64,000 bases of DNA from Hypanus sabinus (taxonomy: Eukaryota): positions 47,554,001-47,618,000 of the forward strand of contig NC_082713.1 of the NCBI RefSeq assembly GCF_030144855.1, written 5' to 3'. Numbering within the stretch: the stretch's first letter is position 1; every line of letters begins with the position of its first letter. A program made the translations under genes and the position numbers. A model generated the notes under the pieces. The model did not search any database. It was not told the origin of the DNA and saw nothing but the letters and a program-made list of their open reading frames with translations. Shown one piece after another: positions 12,673 through 25,299 of this stretch.

Positions 12673-13425
12673 CAGAGGATTGCAGATAATTGGGCCATTG
12701 GTCAATCGAGTCAGCCTCATATTTAGGACAAATCTTGAAGAACAACAGCTAATCAAGACAATAACTGGGATCTTTTTTATTTATTTGGGATACTATGCAA
12801 CTTAATTGGGATAGACTGCTGCTGAACAGTTTCTAACAAGGGTCAGTTGCTTGCACTGTGTTGCCATTAGCCACTACACCGTGCTTGGCTTATGTTAACC
12901 ATTTGGGCAGACAAACACCGATTTAAAAAACAATGAATTTTGACCATTCTTTTACAATTTGACTTTATAACATTTCAGACCCTTGCTAATATGCCATGAA
13001 AAGATACAGCACTAGCTGAGAAATTACCCTACTGGATCAAATTAAAAGACATTCTCCTAACACCAGTTATTTATTGTTGGATTATGACATTACTTCATGC
13101 AGAAGGGCAATAAACGCAGTCCATTATCTGCACTAGGTGTCTGTGCTGATTTTGTTCATTTACAGTGAATCAAACAAACAGATAGCAAGCAGTGGATGAA
13201 TTCCCTTCATCGATAACTTTTAGGAACTAATGCACAGTTTTATAACACATTAGTAGTATTGTAATTTATTCTATATTTCATTTAAATATTTGATTTATTT
13301 ATATAAATGGTAGTTTTTTTGTACCTTTTTAACTATTTCCATAAAACTTTGGCTAATTAGGACAGCCACTTAATTGGGCCAAAATGTACTGGCCCCGATG
13401 CACTCTAATTATCCGAAATTCACTA
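12673..13425. mobile_element. pogo/Tigger-like non-autonomous DNA transposon
   Basis: TA-flanked degenerate TIRs CAGAGGATTGCAGATAATTGGG / CTCTAATTATCCGAAATTCACTA. Confidence 0.65.
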
Positions 13426-13583
13426 TACTTCATTTTTAGTTTCCCCCACACTCATCTTGCTTACAATACAATAATTTGTTCTTACACTATTTTGTCGATC
13501 ATCTCAATTTGACAAGCTCAATGAAAACACATTGTTATTCAAAGAATCATTTACTTGCTGAATAAATTTAATATTTATGATGC

Positions 13584-13589
13584 TTTATT
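13584..13589 (-). terminator. AATAAA hexamer overlapping the COX11 stop codon (candidate proximal polyA signal)
   Basis: Minus strand reads AAA TAA Agc; use as a polyA signal is unproven. Confidence 0.35.
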
Positions 13590-13767
13590 TATATCCTGGT
13601 AAAGGTAGCTTTTGACCATCTTTTGCTTCAAAGAATGTGTAAGAGAGAGTAATTGTCTCTACACGTGCCATTGATGGATCCTCTGCAAACTCAGGATCAA
13701 TGTAAAAGAAAACTGGCATGTCCACTTCTTCATGGGGATTTAACCGTTGCTCCTCAAAACAGAAACA
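13585..13767 (-). CDS. COX11: COX11 last coding exon (CFCF copper-binding motif)
   Basis: tttcag|CFCFEEQRLNPHEEVDMPVFFYIDPEF...LPLPGYK-TAA; spliced CDS gives 256 aa. Confidence 0.97.
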   Translation of the reverse strand, partial: CFCFEEQRLNPHEEVDMPVFFYIDPEFAEDPSMARVETITLSYTFFEAKDGQKLPLPGYK

Positions 13768-14656
13768 CTGAAAGACATGAAGAGACAGCATTACTGAGTT
13801 AGTGTTATATCAGTATGCATATAATTGACTAGTACACACGAAACAAATAGATCTATGAAATCAGATCAACAAGTTAAGTTTACTTTCTCTTTTGAACCAA
13901 ATCTAACTCTTACTTTGGGCAGGATTTTTCAAAAGGAACCAAGCAATTTCATAAATTGTGAAAGAATAATACTTTATTATGAATGTTGCTTATTGAATGA
14001 TATGAAAGGTCATGAACAATGCCCTGGTCAGGCAAAACTTAACTATTGATCCCAGTTCAGACCAGTGACAAACTGATTTTCAAGCTCAACATACAATGCA
14101 GTAATGAAATATGACACTGACGGTTGGTTTCAATGAGCTGAAGATATTTCATCTTCTCAGTCCCAAGGGAATAGACCTTAGCATAAGAATAGGAAAGGTA
14201 AATCTATAGCGCTTTTAAACTATAGTGAAATTAAACTTCTTCTAGATAAACAGCAGTAGCTTTAAATTGACAAATATAATTCTGAACCGACCAAGTATGA
14301 TTAATATAGCAAATGGACTTCTAGGTAAGGTGGTCAAAGGAGCAAGGTAGAAATAATTTGGCAAGAAATATTTATTCACAAAAAACTTCTAAATTAAAAG
14401 ACAGCAAATCATTCAAGTTAGAATCAGAGTAAGGAGCAAGAGTAGGCTATCTGATCTTCAAGTCTGTTCCTTCATGAGTCAAGATCATGTATGATCTTCT
14501 ACCTCAGTTCCATTTACCTGCATTATTCCCATATGCTCAATTTATTTGGAACCCTAAAATATACTAATCTCTATTATAAGTGAATTTAATGACTGAATTT
14601 CCACAGTCAATTTGAATAGAAAATAGAAGATTCACCAACCTCTAAGGGAAGAAATA

Positions 14657-14822
14657 CGCAAAGGAGCTGGTGGAGCTCAACAGGTCAGACCGCACCTATC
14701 TTAATGAGTCTTAACCTGAAACATTAATTGTTCATTTCCCACTGTTAACTCTGCCCTATCGGCCGAGTTTCTCCATCTCCTTTGTGTGTTGCTCCAGATT
14801 TCCAGCATCTGCACTCTTGTGT
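14657..14822. mobile_element. Degenerate fold-back Penelope-derived element
   Basis: pLTR-type arms; 17-bp TSD CTCTAAGGGAAGAAATA at 14640-14656 and 14898-14914. Confidence 0.75.
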
Positions 14823-14830
14823 CTCTAAGG

Positions 14831-14897
14831 CAGGGGATCTCAACCTTTTTATTGCCATGTACCAATATCATTAAGCAAGGGGTTCTTGGAACCCCTG
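14831..14897. mobile_element. 67-bp hAT-type MITE
   Basis: TIR CAGGGG...CCCCTG; perfect 8-bp TSD CTCTAAGG at 14823-14830 and 14898-14905. Confidence 0.85.
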
Positions 14898-15184
14898 CTC
14901 TAAGGGAAGAAATATATTTTCACCTTAGGCATAAATGGACCATCTCTCATTTCGATAGTCTGTCCCTGCTCTTCAAACATTCTCCCTGCACGCAACTCAC
15001 TCAGCCCTCTAATCATTTTTTAAGTTTCAATGAGACTGTCTCTCATTCACCTAAAGTCTAGAAAATACAGGCTCAATTTGGTCACTCTCCTCTCATATCA
15101 CACACCTATTCATTAAATGTTCATTGAACTCTTTCTTCAGTGGTCTTATACCCAAATCCTCTTATAACAAGTATACCATTAAAA

Positions 15185-15338
15185 AATAAAATACTGCAGA
15201 TGTTGGAATATAGAGCAACAAACAATCTGCCAGAGAACTCAGCATTTGAGCAGCATCTGCGTGAGGGAAAGAGCTGCCACCATTTTGGGCTAAAACTCTG
15301 CATCAAGACTGAGTTCCTCCAGACGTTGGTTTGTTGCC
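15185..15338. mobile_element. Older fold-back Penelope pLTR fragment
   Basis: CTGCAGATGTTGGA...GAACTCAGC arm and inverted CTGAGTTCCTCCAG...TTGTTGC arm. Confidence 0.6.
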
Positions 15339-15569
15339 TACATTGTCTGTCTAATTGCTCATTACACTTGCTTGTTATCCCTCAGGGTGCTGGAATTGAT
15401 ATATCTAATTGCAATCAGAACTTACTTGCTTATTTGATAAAAAATTAGATGTGATTAAATCTAAAGTTTAGATTCACAAATTATAAACTGATAAACAGAT
15501 TACTCAGAATTAACATTCAGTGAATTCTTTATTGCTTTTTCTTGTTGAAACTATTTATGGGTGGTGGGG

Positions 15570-15920
15570 TGGAGAACTCCCTACCAAAGGAACTGTAAGG
15601 CGCTCCTTCCCCCTGCTAGCCATTGGGAAGGTGTAACACCTGCTTAGCACCCTGTTCAGGGTCAATGAAGCTATGGGAGCAGGTGGTAGATGGCTGTATG
15701 AGAAACTGGTGCATATCACAAGCCTTGATTATGCAACCACTAACGCCAGGCAGGCAATCTCTGAAGAGTATTGAGAATGGCCGGAGTAACCTGTCTTGCA
15801 AAGACACTGCTCAGAAGTAGGCAATGGCAAACCACTTCTGTAGAAAAAATTGCCAAGAACAATCACGGTCATGAAAAGACCACACTGGCCAACATCTCTT
15901 GCACAGCACGTACTGAACAA
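15570..15920 (+). mobile_element. SINE-like repeat with RTE-like 3' tail
   Basis: GGCAATGGCAAACCACTTCTG...TTGCCAAGAAC resembles RTE-type 3' ends; family not identified. Confidence 0.45.
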
Positions 15921-16267
15921 ACTATTTATCAAAAAAATGATGGCTAAAATACTACAATGCTTAAAGAAAATGGAGACCTTCTTATACTGCGCTGTTGTTA
16001 CCAGTGACTAGGAAGATTTCTTTATGACAAAAATTACTCAGTTAACTGTGATAAACGCTGTAAATTTAGACTAACAGTTTATCTGGAATTTGTCAAGTGA
16101 TTAGTCAGTAGCATTAAGTGCTGGGCTAATTATCTGCATGGTGACTTTCAGGCCAAACCAAAGCTACAGCTGTCATTGCAATCACTGGGAGGCAAGGATA
16201 TTTAAAAACTGTTTTCACAGACGATCTTTTCCATTTAACTGCCACAATTTCTAGAATCTAATCTACC

Positions 16268-17232
16268 TGGCACATCGTTCCCTCCCTCTCCCAACCACTA
16301 CTGCTTTCTGCAGGGATTGCTCCCTACGTGACTCCCTTGTCCATTCATCCCTCCTCAGTGAACCCCCTCCTGGCATTTATCCTTGCAAATGGAACAAATG
16401 CTACATCTGCCCCGCACCTCCTCACTACCATTCAGGGCCCCAAATTGTCCTTCCAGGAGAGGCAACACCTCACCTGTGAGTCTGTTGGGGTCATATACTG
16501 TGTCTAATGCTCTTGGTGTGGCCTCCTGTATATCGGTGAGACCCAACGTAGATTGGAAGACTGTTTCGCCAAGCACCCATCACTCCATCCGCCAGAAGAA
16601 GCAGGATCTCCCAACGGCCACCCATTTTAATTCCACATTCCATCACCATTCCAATATGTCATTTCATGGCCTCTTCTACTGTCACGATGAAGCCACATTC
16701 AGGTTAGAGGAACGACACCTTATATTCCGACAAAATGCTGGTGGTGCGTTCCACCAGCATTTTGTGTGTGTTGCTTGAATTTCCAGCATCTGCAGATTTC
16801 CTCGTGTTTGCGACCTTATATTCTGTCCGGGTAGCCTCCAACTGGATGGCATGAACATTGATTTCTTGAACTTTGGGTAATGCCCCCCCACCCCCCACCA
16901 TTCTCCATCCCATTTTCCCCCTCTCACCTTATCTCCTTGCCTGCCCACTGCCTCCCTCTGGTGCTCCTCCCTCCTTTCTTTCTTGCCTGGCCTTCTGTTC
17001 TCTCCTATTGGACACCTCCTTCTCCAGCCCTGTATCTCTTTCACCAATTAACTTCCCAGCTCTTTACTTCATCTCTCTCCCTTCAGGTTTCACCTGTGTT
17101 TCTCTGTCCACTCCCCCACCTTTAAAATCTACTCCTCAGCTTTTTTTCTCAAGTCCTGCCAAAGGGCCTCGGCCCAAAATGTCACTTGTACTTTTTTCCC
17201 CACAGATGCTGCCTGGCCTGCTGAGTTCCTCT
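16268..17232 (+). mobile_element. Penelope-like element fragment (GIY-YIG and pLTR) with an internal short pLTR insertion
   Basis: GVIYCV*CSWCGLLYIGET at ~16490-16545; degenerate hammerhead AGTCCTGCCAAAGGGCCTCGGCCCAAAATGTC at ~17152. Confidence 0.85.
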
Positions 17233-17508
17233 TGTCTGTGTTACCAGTTCAGGAGTCTGGTGCAGGAAAATTTAAATATGCAGGACATGTGCCTTCAATA
17301 AAAACAGCAACCTTTGCTTATGCCTATGGCTTTAAAATTGAAAAGATCATAAACAAAAGGACTTTGGAGGTATGACAATATCTGGAGAGTCCTTATCCAC
17401 ATAGCTTAAAAGCACTGCCTAAAGGAAGTCAAATCATCCGTTCAATGTACATTAATAAAAGTGTTTTAAAAGTATCTTTTTTCAACCTCTGCATCATTGT
17501 GTCCATAC

Positions 17509-17634
17509 CTGTATTTTGTTGAAGTACTGCCCTGCATCAAATGGTACTACACTGTAGGTAGAGATCCCAATAATTGGTGTATCAGTGGGGTTCTTCGCTT
17601 TGTAAAATGCCAGAGCAGTTTCTCCAGGAACAAC
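17509..17634 (-). CDS. COX11: COX11 coding exon 3
   Basis: ttccag|VVPGETALAFYKAKNPTDTPIIGISTYSVVPFDAGQYFNKIQ|gtatgg; 126 nt; translated by hand, not in ORF track. Confidence 0.97.
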
Positions 17635-17999
17635 CTGGAACAAAACCAAAACAAAGGTCATATGGATGCCATCTTTTCCTTAACGTGACTGGTCATAATC
17701 AATGTAAAAATGTTTTATAGTAAGCAGAGCAAAAGCAATCAATTTGCCACTCAGTATAGTAACGTGATAAATAATAAAACAGTGCTATGTTCATACAATA
17801 ACAGGGCTTTGAAAAATTTACTACATTTGGCAGACAATGCTAGTTGTTGTTATTAACGCACATTTCACGTCTACCAAATATCTGGTCAAATGTATGTTAG
17901 GTTTTCATGGAATTGTTTAAAGAACAGTGAAGCAGATGAGGCAACTTGAAAGGAAATTTCAGATGTTACTGCCTTTGATAACTACTATTTAAATTACGG

Positions 18000-19100
18000 G
18001 AGCTAGTCCAGAAGATAAAGTCACCTGGCATTCAGAATGAATTAGCTAATTCGATCCAACGTTGGCTTAGCAGGGCAATTCAGAGAATGGTAATAGTTGG
18101 TTGTAAGACTGGAATCCTGAGACTAGTGGTGTGTTACAAGAATGGTACTGCGCCCATTGTTGTTCATCATCTATATTTACGAGTTTTATGATAATATGCT
18201 AAACTGGATCAGCAAAATTGCCCATCTGGGAAAATAGGCAGAAAAATGACATATGGAATTTAATGTAGACAAGTGTGAGGTGTTGCACTTTGAAAGGACA
18301 AAATAGGATAACACATACACAGTAAATACACAGACTCTAAGGCTTGCAGATGAAAAAGGAAATGTGGGAATACAGATTTATATTTCCTTGACAGTGGCAT
18401 CACAGGACACATACAAAGTAAATGGTAGGGCTCTGAGTAGTGTGGTAGAACAAAAGGATCTGGGAATACAGAATCATAATTCCTTGATAGTGGCATCACA
18501 GGTAGACAGGGTTGTAAAGAGAGCTTTTAGCATATTGGCTTTCATAAATCTGGGCACTGAATACATAAGTTGTGATGTTATGTTGAAGTTGTAGAAGATA
18601 TTGGTGAAACCATATTTAGGGTATTACATGCAGTTCTGGTCACCTACCTGTAAGAAATATTGAGATTTATAAGGATACTGGTGGGACTTCATAACCCAAG
18701 TTATAAGCAAAGATTGAATAGGCTGGAACTTTATTCCCTGGAGTGCAGGAGAATGAGGGGAGATTTGCAGAGGTATATAAAATTATAAGGGATATAGAGT
18801 GAATGCATGCAGGCTTTTTACCCTCGGGTTCGGTAAAATGAAAACTAGAGATCATAGGTTTAGGATAAAAGGTGAAATATTTAAGGGGAATCTGAAAGGA
18901 AACATCTTTACTGAAGAAAGTAGTACAAACATGGAATGAGGTGCCTGAGGAAGAGGTAGATGTGGGGTCTATAGTAATATTTAAGAGAGTTTGGATAGCT
19001 ACAACGTTACTGGTTTGGAGGGGCATGATCTGGGTGCAGGATGATGGGACTAGACAAGTCAGGTGAGGCCTGTTTCTATGTTCTAATACTCTATGACTCT
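18000..19100 (+). mobile_element. Decayed CR1 LINE 3' part with ~100-bp internal duplication
   Basis: QKDLGI..SQVDRVVKRAFSILAFI remnants; duplicated ACACATAC..AGTAAAT/TGGGAATACAG/AGTGGCATCACAGG. Confidence 0.8.
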
Positions 19101-19269
19101 AAGAGTTGGAGAGGTGAACAAGGGCGTATGGAAATATAGTGATCATTACATGCCATGGAAACATTTGTTTAACCCAGAACAAAAATGGAACAGCAAACAT
19201 TAGAGGCATAGTTAAATTTTTGGACAACATCTCAGAGGATCTGTCCCAGACCCAATACACTGATGCTAT

Positions 19270-19725
19270 TATGAGCAGGCAAGCCGGGTTTCTACTTTGT
19301 TAGCAGCCTGAAAGGATTCAGTATGTCACCTAAGACTCTAACAAATTTCTATAGATGTACTATGCAAAACATTCCGACTGGTTTATTCACAGCCTGGTAT
19401 GAAGGCTTTAAAGCACATGGTTGCAGTAAAACTGCAAAGGGTTGTAGACTGAGCCAGTTCCATCACAGGCATAACTCTCCCACCATTTTTTGAAAAATGA
19501 TGTGTCTAGCTGTCATTCATCACTAAGGACCCTCACTATCCAGAGCATACCCTCTTTACCTCAGTTTATCAGATTTCTGAATGGTCCTTGAACATCACCT
19601 CATTATTCTTTTGTTTGCACTATTTGTTTTTGTAATTTATAGTAACTTTATGTCACTGTACTGCTGCCACAAAAAAACAAATTTCACATCATATAAGTTA
19701 TTGTTAAAAAATCTGATTCTAAATT
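19270..19725 (+). mobile_element. Rex1-type LINE 3' fragment
   Basis: Similar to other Rex1 3' ends (TTCTATAGATGTAC..., AATTTCAC..AATCTGATTCT). Confidence 0.65.
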
Positions 19726-20640
19726 TGAAATACCATTGGTTTAATTTAGAACATGGGAATAGGACTTCACAGAAAGTTGCACAAGGAAGGCCATCCAGAA
19801 ATGCACAGGAAAAGTCAAGTCTGCAGGAACAAAGGCTTAGCTGAGTTTTTCAGTAGTAGATAAACTGAGGTTGGGATGGTGGCGGGTGCGGAGGGAGAGG
19901 GGCTAGTACTGGGGAGACAGAATCTAGAGTTGGAAAGAGGTGGGCTTAATTATGGTGGAAGCAGATAAACCAAAGGTTTATATGGCATTAAAAGCAACAA
20001 AGTTGTGAACTATGTCGTTCCATTTCAGAAAGATGTGAACAAATGCAACACTTTGTCGTCAGGAAACAGAGCTTCCTGTGAGAGGACAGGCTTTGGTCTA
20101 TTCAATAATTTTACAGAGCAAACTTTTCATGCTGTACAAGATGGCAAAGAATCTGAGATTTAAAGATAGCGGAGAGGTCAAAAGTGGCTGTAAGAGCTGA
20201 GTGCAGGTAGCAAACATGTATAAACTAATGTAGTGTAACAGGAAGTTATAAGAAAATGGAATTCATTCTCTCAAATACTTTTTAAACTTTCCTATAGGAA
20301 TTACATATTTATGGTAAAAGGGGATGGGTGCATGAATGCAATGGGAAGTGGGATTTGATTTGGTGTGTGTAGTAGAGAAGACAGAAGGCAAAAAGCCTGG
20401 TTTGGTGCTTTAACATTGATTGTGTCCCAAGTCCAGAAGATGAAATAGACTAACTTCCAAGGCAGTCAGTTACTTCTTGTTCCATTTACTAATTTACTAA
20501 TTCATGTATTGTGCAATTGAAAGTCCTGGATTAGAATAATGCCTCAAGACCAAAACTTGTGTTGTTTATGACTTCCTAGTTTAAGTTGCATAGTTGAGAG
20601 ATCAGTTTCTCCACATCAAATACATAAATAAATTACTCAC

Positions 20641-20796
20641 ATAGATTTCAGTTTGCTGGGGTCTAAAGTTCCACTGAAGGCTGGAATGAACATCAGCATT
20701 GAAAATAATTTTAATAACTCGATCCTTCACTGGTTCCATAGTTGCTACTTGTTCCACACTGTGACCAGCTACTGCAGTTCCACCCAGTCCTGTCGT
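20641..20796 (-). CDS. COX11: COX11 coding exon 2
   Basis: tttcag|TTGLGGTAVAGH...FNADVHSSLQWNFRPQQTEIY|gtgagt; 156 nt, phase 0/0. Confidence 0.97.
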
Positions 20797-21273
20797 CTGA
20801 AAGCAATTTGTTAAAACTAAAGACAACTTTCTGAAACTAGGAAAGCTTGGAATTTTTATATCACACAACTAAGTCAACATCTTGGTTCCACTAAGAATAA
20901 TGCACTCTTCTATTTAATTTCTCCATTTTATGATGAGACACGGAATTAATGATATTGACTGAAGGAGAAATATTGGCCAGCTTTCCAGAAGAAATATTGC
21001 CTTAGAATTTGAATAAGCAAAATAACTTGGTTGTTGCTTCTCCCTATTGTGCAGAAATAAATTCAAAATCCCACATTTTTCCACCTCAAAGCTTTACTTA
21101 GAAAGTATACTGATTATTTTAAATTTCATTGCTTATCTCCAAGAACACATTTACGATGATCACTTAAACAAGCAAGTATTTTTAAACACTTGTAAATGTC
21201 TTCATATTATGTTTATTTTGATACAAGCCAGTAAATTAGTTGTACGCTGGGACAAGCATAAAATTTCACCGAC

Positions 21274-21579
21274 CTGGCAATAGAGTCTGTAGAGAGGCAC
21301 GGCAGCATACGACATGCCAATCATCCCAATTGCTGTTGCTGCTATGTATGTAAGTACAGTTTTATTCCTCTTTCTCCATTCCTCTTCCTGATTTCTAGTA
21401 AACGGATTGTGACCCTTGACACTTCTCACTGGTTGTAGGGACGTCACATTGTTCAGTTTCTGAACAGTAAACCGATTAAATGTGGAATATAATCTCGGTA
21501 AATTAAACTGTTGTAGGCTTCTTGCACAGGCTTTACAAGAGGGCATCACATAAAGTTTTGCCCAACAGGACCAAAGCAT
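21274..21579 (-). CDS. COX11: COX11 cytochrome c oxidase copper chaperone, coding exon 1 (targeting peptide and TM helix)
   Basis: ATG at 21579 (aacATG) with in-frame stops upstream; encodes ...RNKTVLTYIAATAIGMIGMSYAAVPLYRLYCQ; donor CAG|gtcggt at 21273; 306 nt, phase 0; exon acceptor tttttttcag ends at 21649. Confidence 0.96.
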
Positions 21580-21756
21580 GTTGACGGTTACCCAAACCGA
21601 TCTTTTCTTTTTTCAACGCCGATAGCAAACTGCAGCCTACTTCAAAGTCTGAAAAAAAATTGAAATTCAGTGGAATATATTAAAAAGAATATGTTTCTTC
21701 TTGGTGCATTACCAGTATTCCTTGAAGTTTAAATATTGAGATAGAGTCCTGTATTA

Positions 21757-23130
21757 AGACCATAAGATATAGGAGCAGAAGTAGGCCATTCAGCCCACTG
21801 AGTCTGCTCCATCATTCAATCATTGGCTGATCCAATTCTTCCAGTCATCCCCACTTCCCTGCTTTCACCCCATACCCTTTGATGCCCTGGCTAATCAAGA
21901 ACCTATCTATCTCTGCCTTAAATACTCCCAATGACTTGGCCTCCACAGCTGCTCATGGCAACAAATTCCACAGGTTTTGTTGTGGAAACCCTCTGACTAA
22001 AGTAATTTCTCTGCATCCCTGTTCTAAAAGGACATCCTTCAATCCTAAAGTCGTGCCCTCTTGTCCTAGAATCCCCACCATAGGAAATAACTTTGCCATA
22101 TCTAATCTGTTCAGGCCTTTTTCCATTCGGAATGTTTCTATGAGATCCCGCTGATTTTCTGGAACTCCAGAGAATACAGCCCAAGAGCTGCCAGACGTTC
22201 CTCATATGGTAACCCTTTCATTCCTGGAATCATTCTCGTGAATCTTCTCTGAACCCTCTCCAATGCCAGCATATCCTTTCCAAAATGAGTAGCCCAAAAC
22301 TGCACACAATACTCCAGGTGTGGTCTCACGAGTGCCTTATAGAGCCTCAACATCACATCCCAGCTCTTATGTTCTATACCTCTAGAAACAAATGCCAACA
22401 TTGCATTTGCCTTCTTCACTACCAACTCAACCTGGAAGTTAACCTTTAGGGTATCTTGCACAAGGACTCCCAAGTCCCTTTGCATCTCTGCATTTTGAAT
22501 TCTCTCCCCATCTAAATAATAGTCTGCCCATTTATTTCTTCCACCAAAGTGCATGACCATACACTTTCCAACATTGTATTTCATTTGCCACTTGACCATT
22601 CCCTTAAACTATCAAAGTCTCTCTGCAGGCTCTCTATTTCCTCCACACTACCCGCTCCTCCACCTATCTTTGTATCATCGGCAAATTTCGCCTCAAATCC
22701 ATTAATACCGTAGTCCAAATCATTGACATATATTGTAAAAAGTAGCAGTCCTAACACTGACCCCTGTGGAACTCTACTGGTGACTGGCAGCCAGCCAGAA
22801 TAGGATCCCTTTATTGACACTCTCTGTTTTCTGCCAACCAACCACTGTTCCACCCATGCTAGAAACTTCCTTGTAATTCCATGGGCTCTTATCTTGCTAA
22901 ACAGCCTCACATGTGGCACCTTGTCAAAGACCTTCTGAAAATCCAAGTACACCACGTCTACTGCATCTCCTTTGTCTACCCTGCTTGTAATTTCCTCAAA
23001 GAATTGCAGTAGGTTTGTCAGGCAGGATTTTCCTTTCAGGAAACCATGCTGGCTTTGGCCTATCTTGTCATGTGCCTTCAGGTACTCCATAATCTCATCC
23101 CTAACAATCAATTCCAGCAACTTCCCAACC
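21757..23130 (-). mobile_element. Relatively young 5'-truncated CR1 LINE in COX11 intron 1
   Basis: Long RT ORF pieces (QHGFLKGKSCLTNL, PQGSVLG, KFADDTK, RPHLEYCVQFW) and intact 3' end; same subfamily as 5659-6730. Confidence 0.92.
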
Positions 23131-23844
23131 TGGGAGAGCCAGGTATATTTTCCATCACAATTAAAAAGTTACTAATATTACAACCACAGAACTTATCTTG
23201 ATTGAAATCATCTAATTTCTTAATAAATGTTGCATTTTTTTCTGTTCTTTAGGTCTAACACACCCTCTAGTGGCTCACAAAAACTAGTACATTACCACCA
23301 GTCACTGGTGCAAATATGACCTCAATACCAGAGTACCATTGATTAGTTATCAACAGTATGGCAAGGGCAAATGACATCTTACGAACTTGCCAAATTTTTT
23401 TCAATTATAACTTTAGTGTTTAGTTCATTTTGTTAAATGTTAACAGTTATATAAAGTACCTAAGTAATATTTACTCAATAAACCATTGAACAACCCCAGC
23501 AGCAAATTCTCAGGATTGTCAGGAATATGTAGCTACATCAAATTAGTCTGCAAGACTTTGAATCTGCTGTGAGTCCTGAATCTAGTTTGAAAAGGAAATG
23601 GAAGATGAAAGGGAAGAATGTCAGCCCTTGGATTAAGCTAACCAGAAAATGAAGGTGGAAAAAAATCGACCAAAAGCAAATAATAATACAGGTTAAAAAA
23701 ATAATAAATCAACTTGGATATCATGGTTGGAAACAGCTGCCTACTACTCTTTGAGGCCATTGTAGTTCCAACTCCAATACAGTTAAAACCTAATACAGTA
23801 TAGACTAAAGTGTGAATTACCTTCCTAATGTAAGATTATAAATC

Positions 23845-25275
23845 ATAGGATTAGAATTAGGCTACTTGGCCCATCAAGTCTACCTTGCCGTTCCATAATG
23901 GCTGATTTATTATCCCTCTCAACCACATTCTCCTGCCTTCTTCATGTAACCTCTGACTCCCTGACTAATCAAGAATTTATCAACCTCCAGTTTAAATATA
24001 CTCAATGACTTGGCCACCACAGCCGTCTGTGGGAATGAATTCCACAGATTCACCACCCTGTCGAAAGAAACTCCTCCTCATCTCGGTTCTAAATGAGCAT
24101 CAGCCTTTGTTAGCCACAGTTGCCTGTTCCCTAATGGGCTCAACCAGAAGCTACTCTAAAAAGCTATCTTGTGGGCATTCCATCTCTTTCGGGATCTGGC
24201 TTTATTACATACCTTTTCTATCTCCTGATTTTATTTATATCCCACCTCCTGGCTACTATTCTGGGGTCTATACATAACTCCCATCAGTGTCTTTTTACTC
24301 TTGCAGTTTCTTAAGTCTACACACAAGGATTCTACATTAAACTTCTCCAACAGCTCTAGGAAACCTGGCCATAAGGATATTAGTGCCCCTCTGGTTCAAA
24401 TGTAATCTGTCCTTTTTGTACAGGTCATTACTTCCCCAAAAGAGATTCCAATAATCCAGAAATCTATTTTGTTGATTTTTTTTTCTAATGACAACCTTTC
24501 TTTTCCATTTATGGAATGCTGGGATCACTGTTGAGACTTACATTTATTGTCTACCATAATTGATTTAGATAGTGGTGGTGAGTTGCCTTGACCCTCTTTA
24601 ATCTTTATGGTAAAGACGTTGTTAAATCAGGTAAATTTGTAAAATGAATTTGAATTCCATAATGATAGATGGGAACCTTTTGGATCCAATGCCAAAACAC
24701 AGTAAAAGACTCCCTTCCTCACTGCCAACAACTCCACTGGTCTTTGTATCATCTGTAAACTTGCTGATTACACTTCCTACAAAGCCATCTGTCATTTTTG
24801 TCTAATACAAATGGCAAGGGTCCCAGCAGCGATCCTTGTGAAACATGACAGATCATAGCATCCTGCTGCTAAAACAACCCTCTGCTATCACCTTCTTCCT
24901 TTTGTTGTCAAGCAATGCTTAGATCTTTGCTGACTTGAGTCCTTGGCTCCTAGCCTTTTGGACCAGTCTCCCATGTGTGACCTTACTGATGTCCGTGTAA
25001 ACAACTCTACTGCACTGTCCTCATCAAAACATTACTGGAATGTGTGGCAAAACTTGTAGACTGCTCCAATAGTACAGCACAGTCACAGAACCCTTCAGCC
25101 CATGCAGTTGTGCCAAATTAATTAAGCTAGTGTCTCCTAACTAAGCTAATGCCTTCTGCCAGTTCAGTCAGTACTCCTCCATTTTCTGTGTAACTATATG
25201 CCCATCTCTCAAAAATATCTCTATTGCATCTGCTTCCACCACCACTCCAAGCACCCACCATTCTGTTTCAAAAAA
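23845..25275 (-). mobile_element. Cluster of decayed CR1-type fragments
   Basis: Several CR1 3'-end and RT/ORF1 remnants (DRLHLNQRGTNIL). Confidence 0.65.
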
Positions 25276-25299
25276 ATCTACATATCTCCTTCTGAACTT

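Noticed and set aside
17675-17685. TTCCTTAAC U12 branch-point consensus next to COX11 coding exon 3
   Set aside because: On the plus strand, whereas COX11 is transcribed from the minus strand
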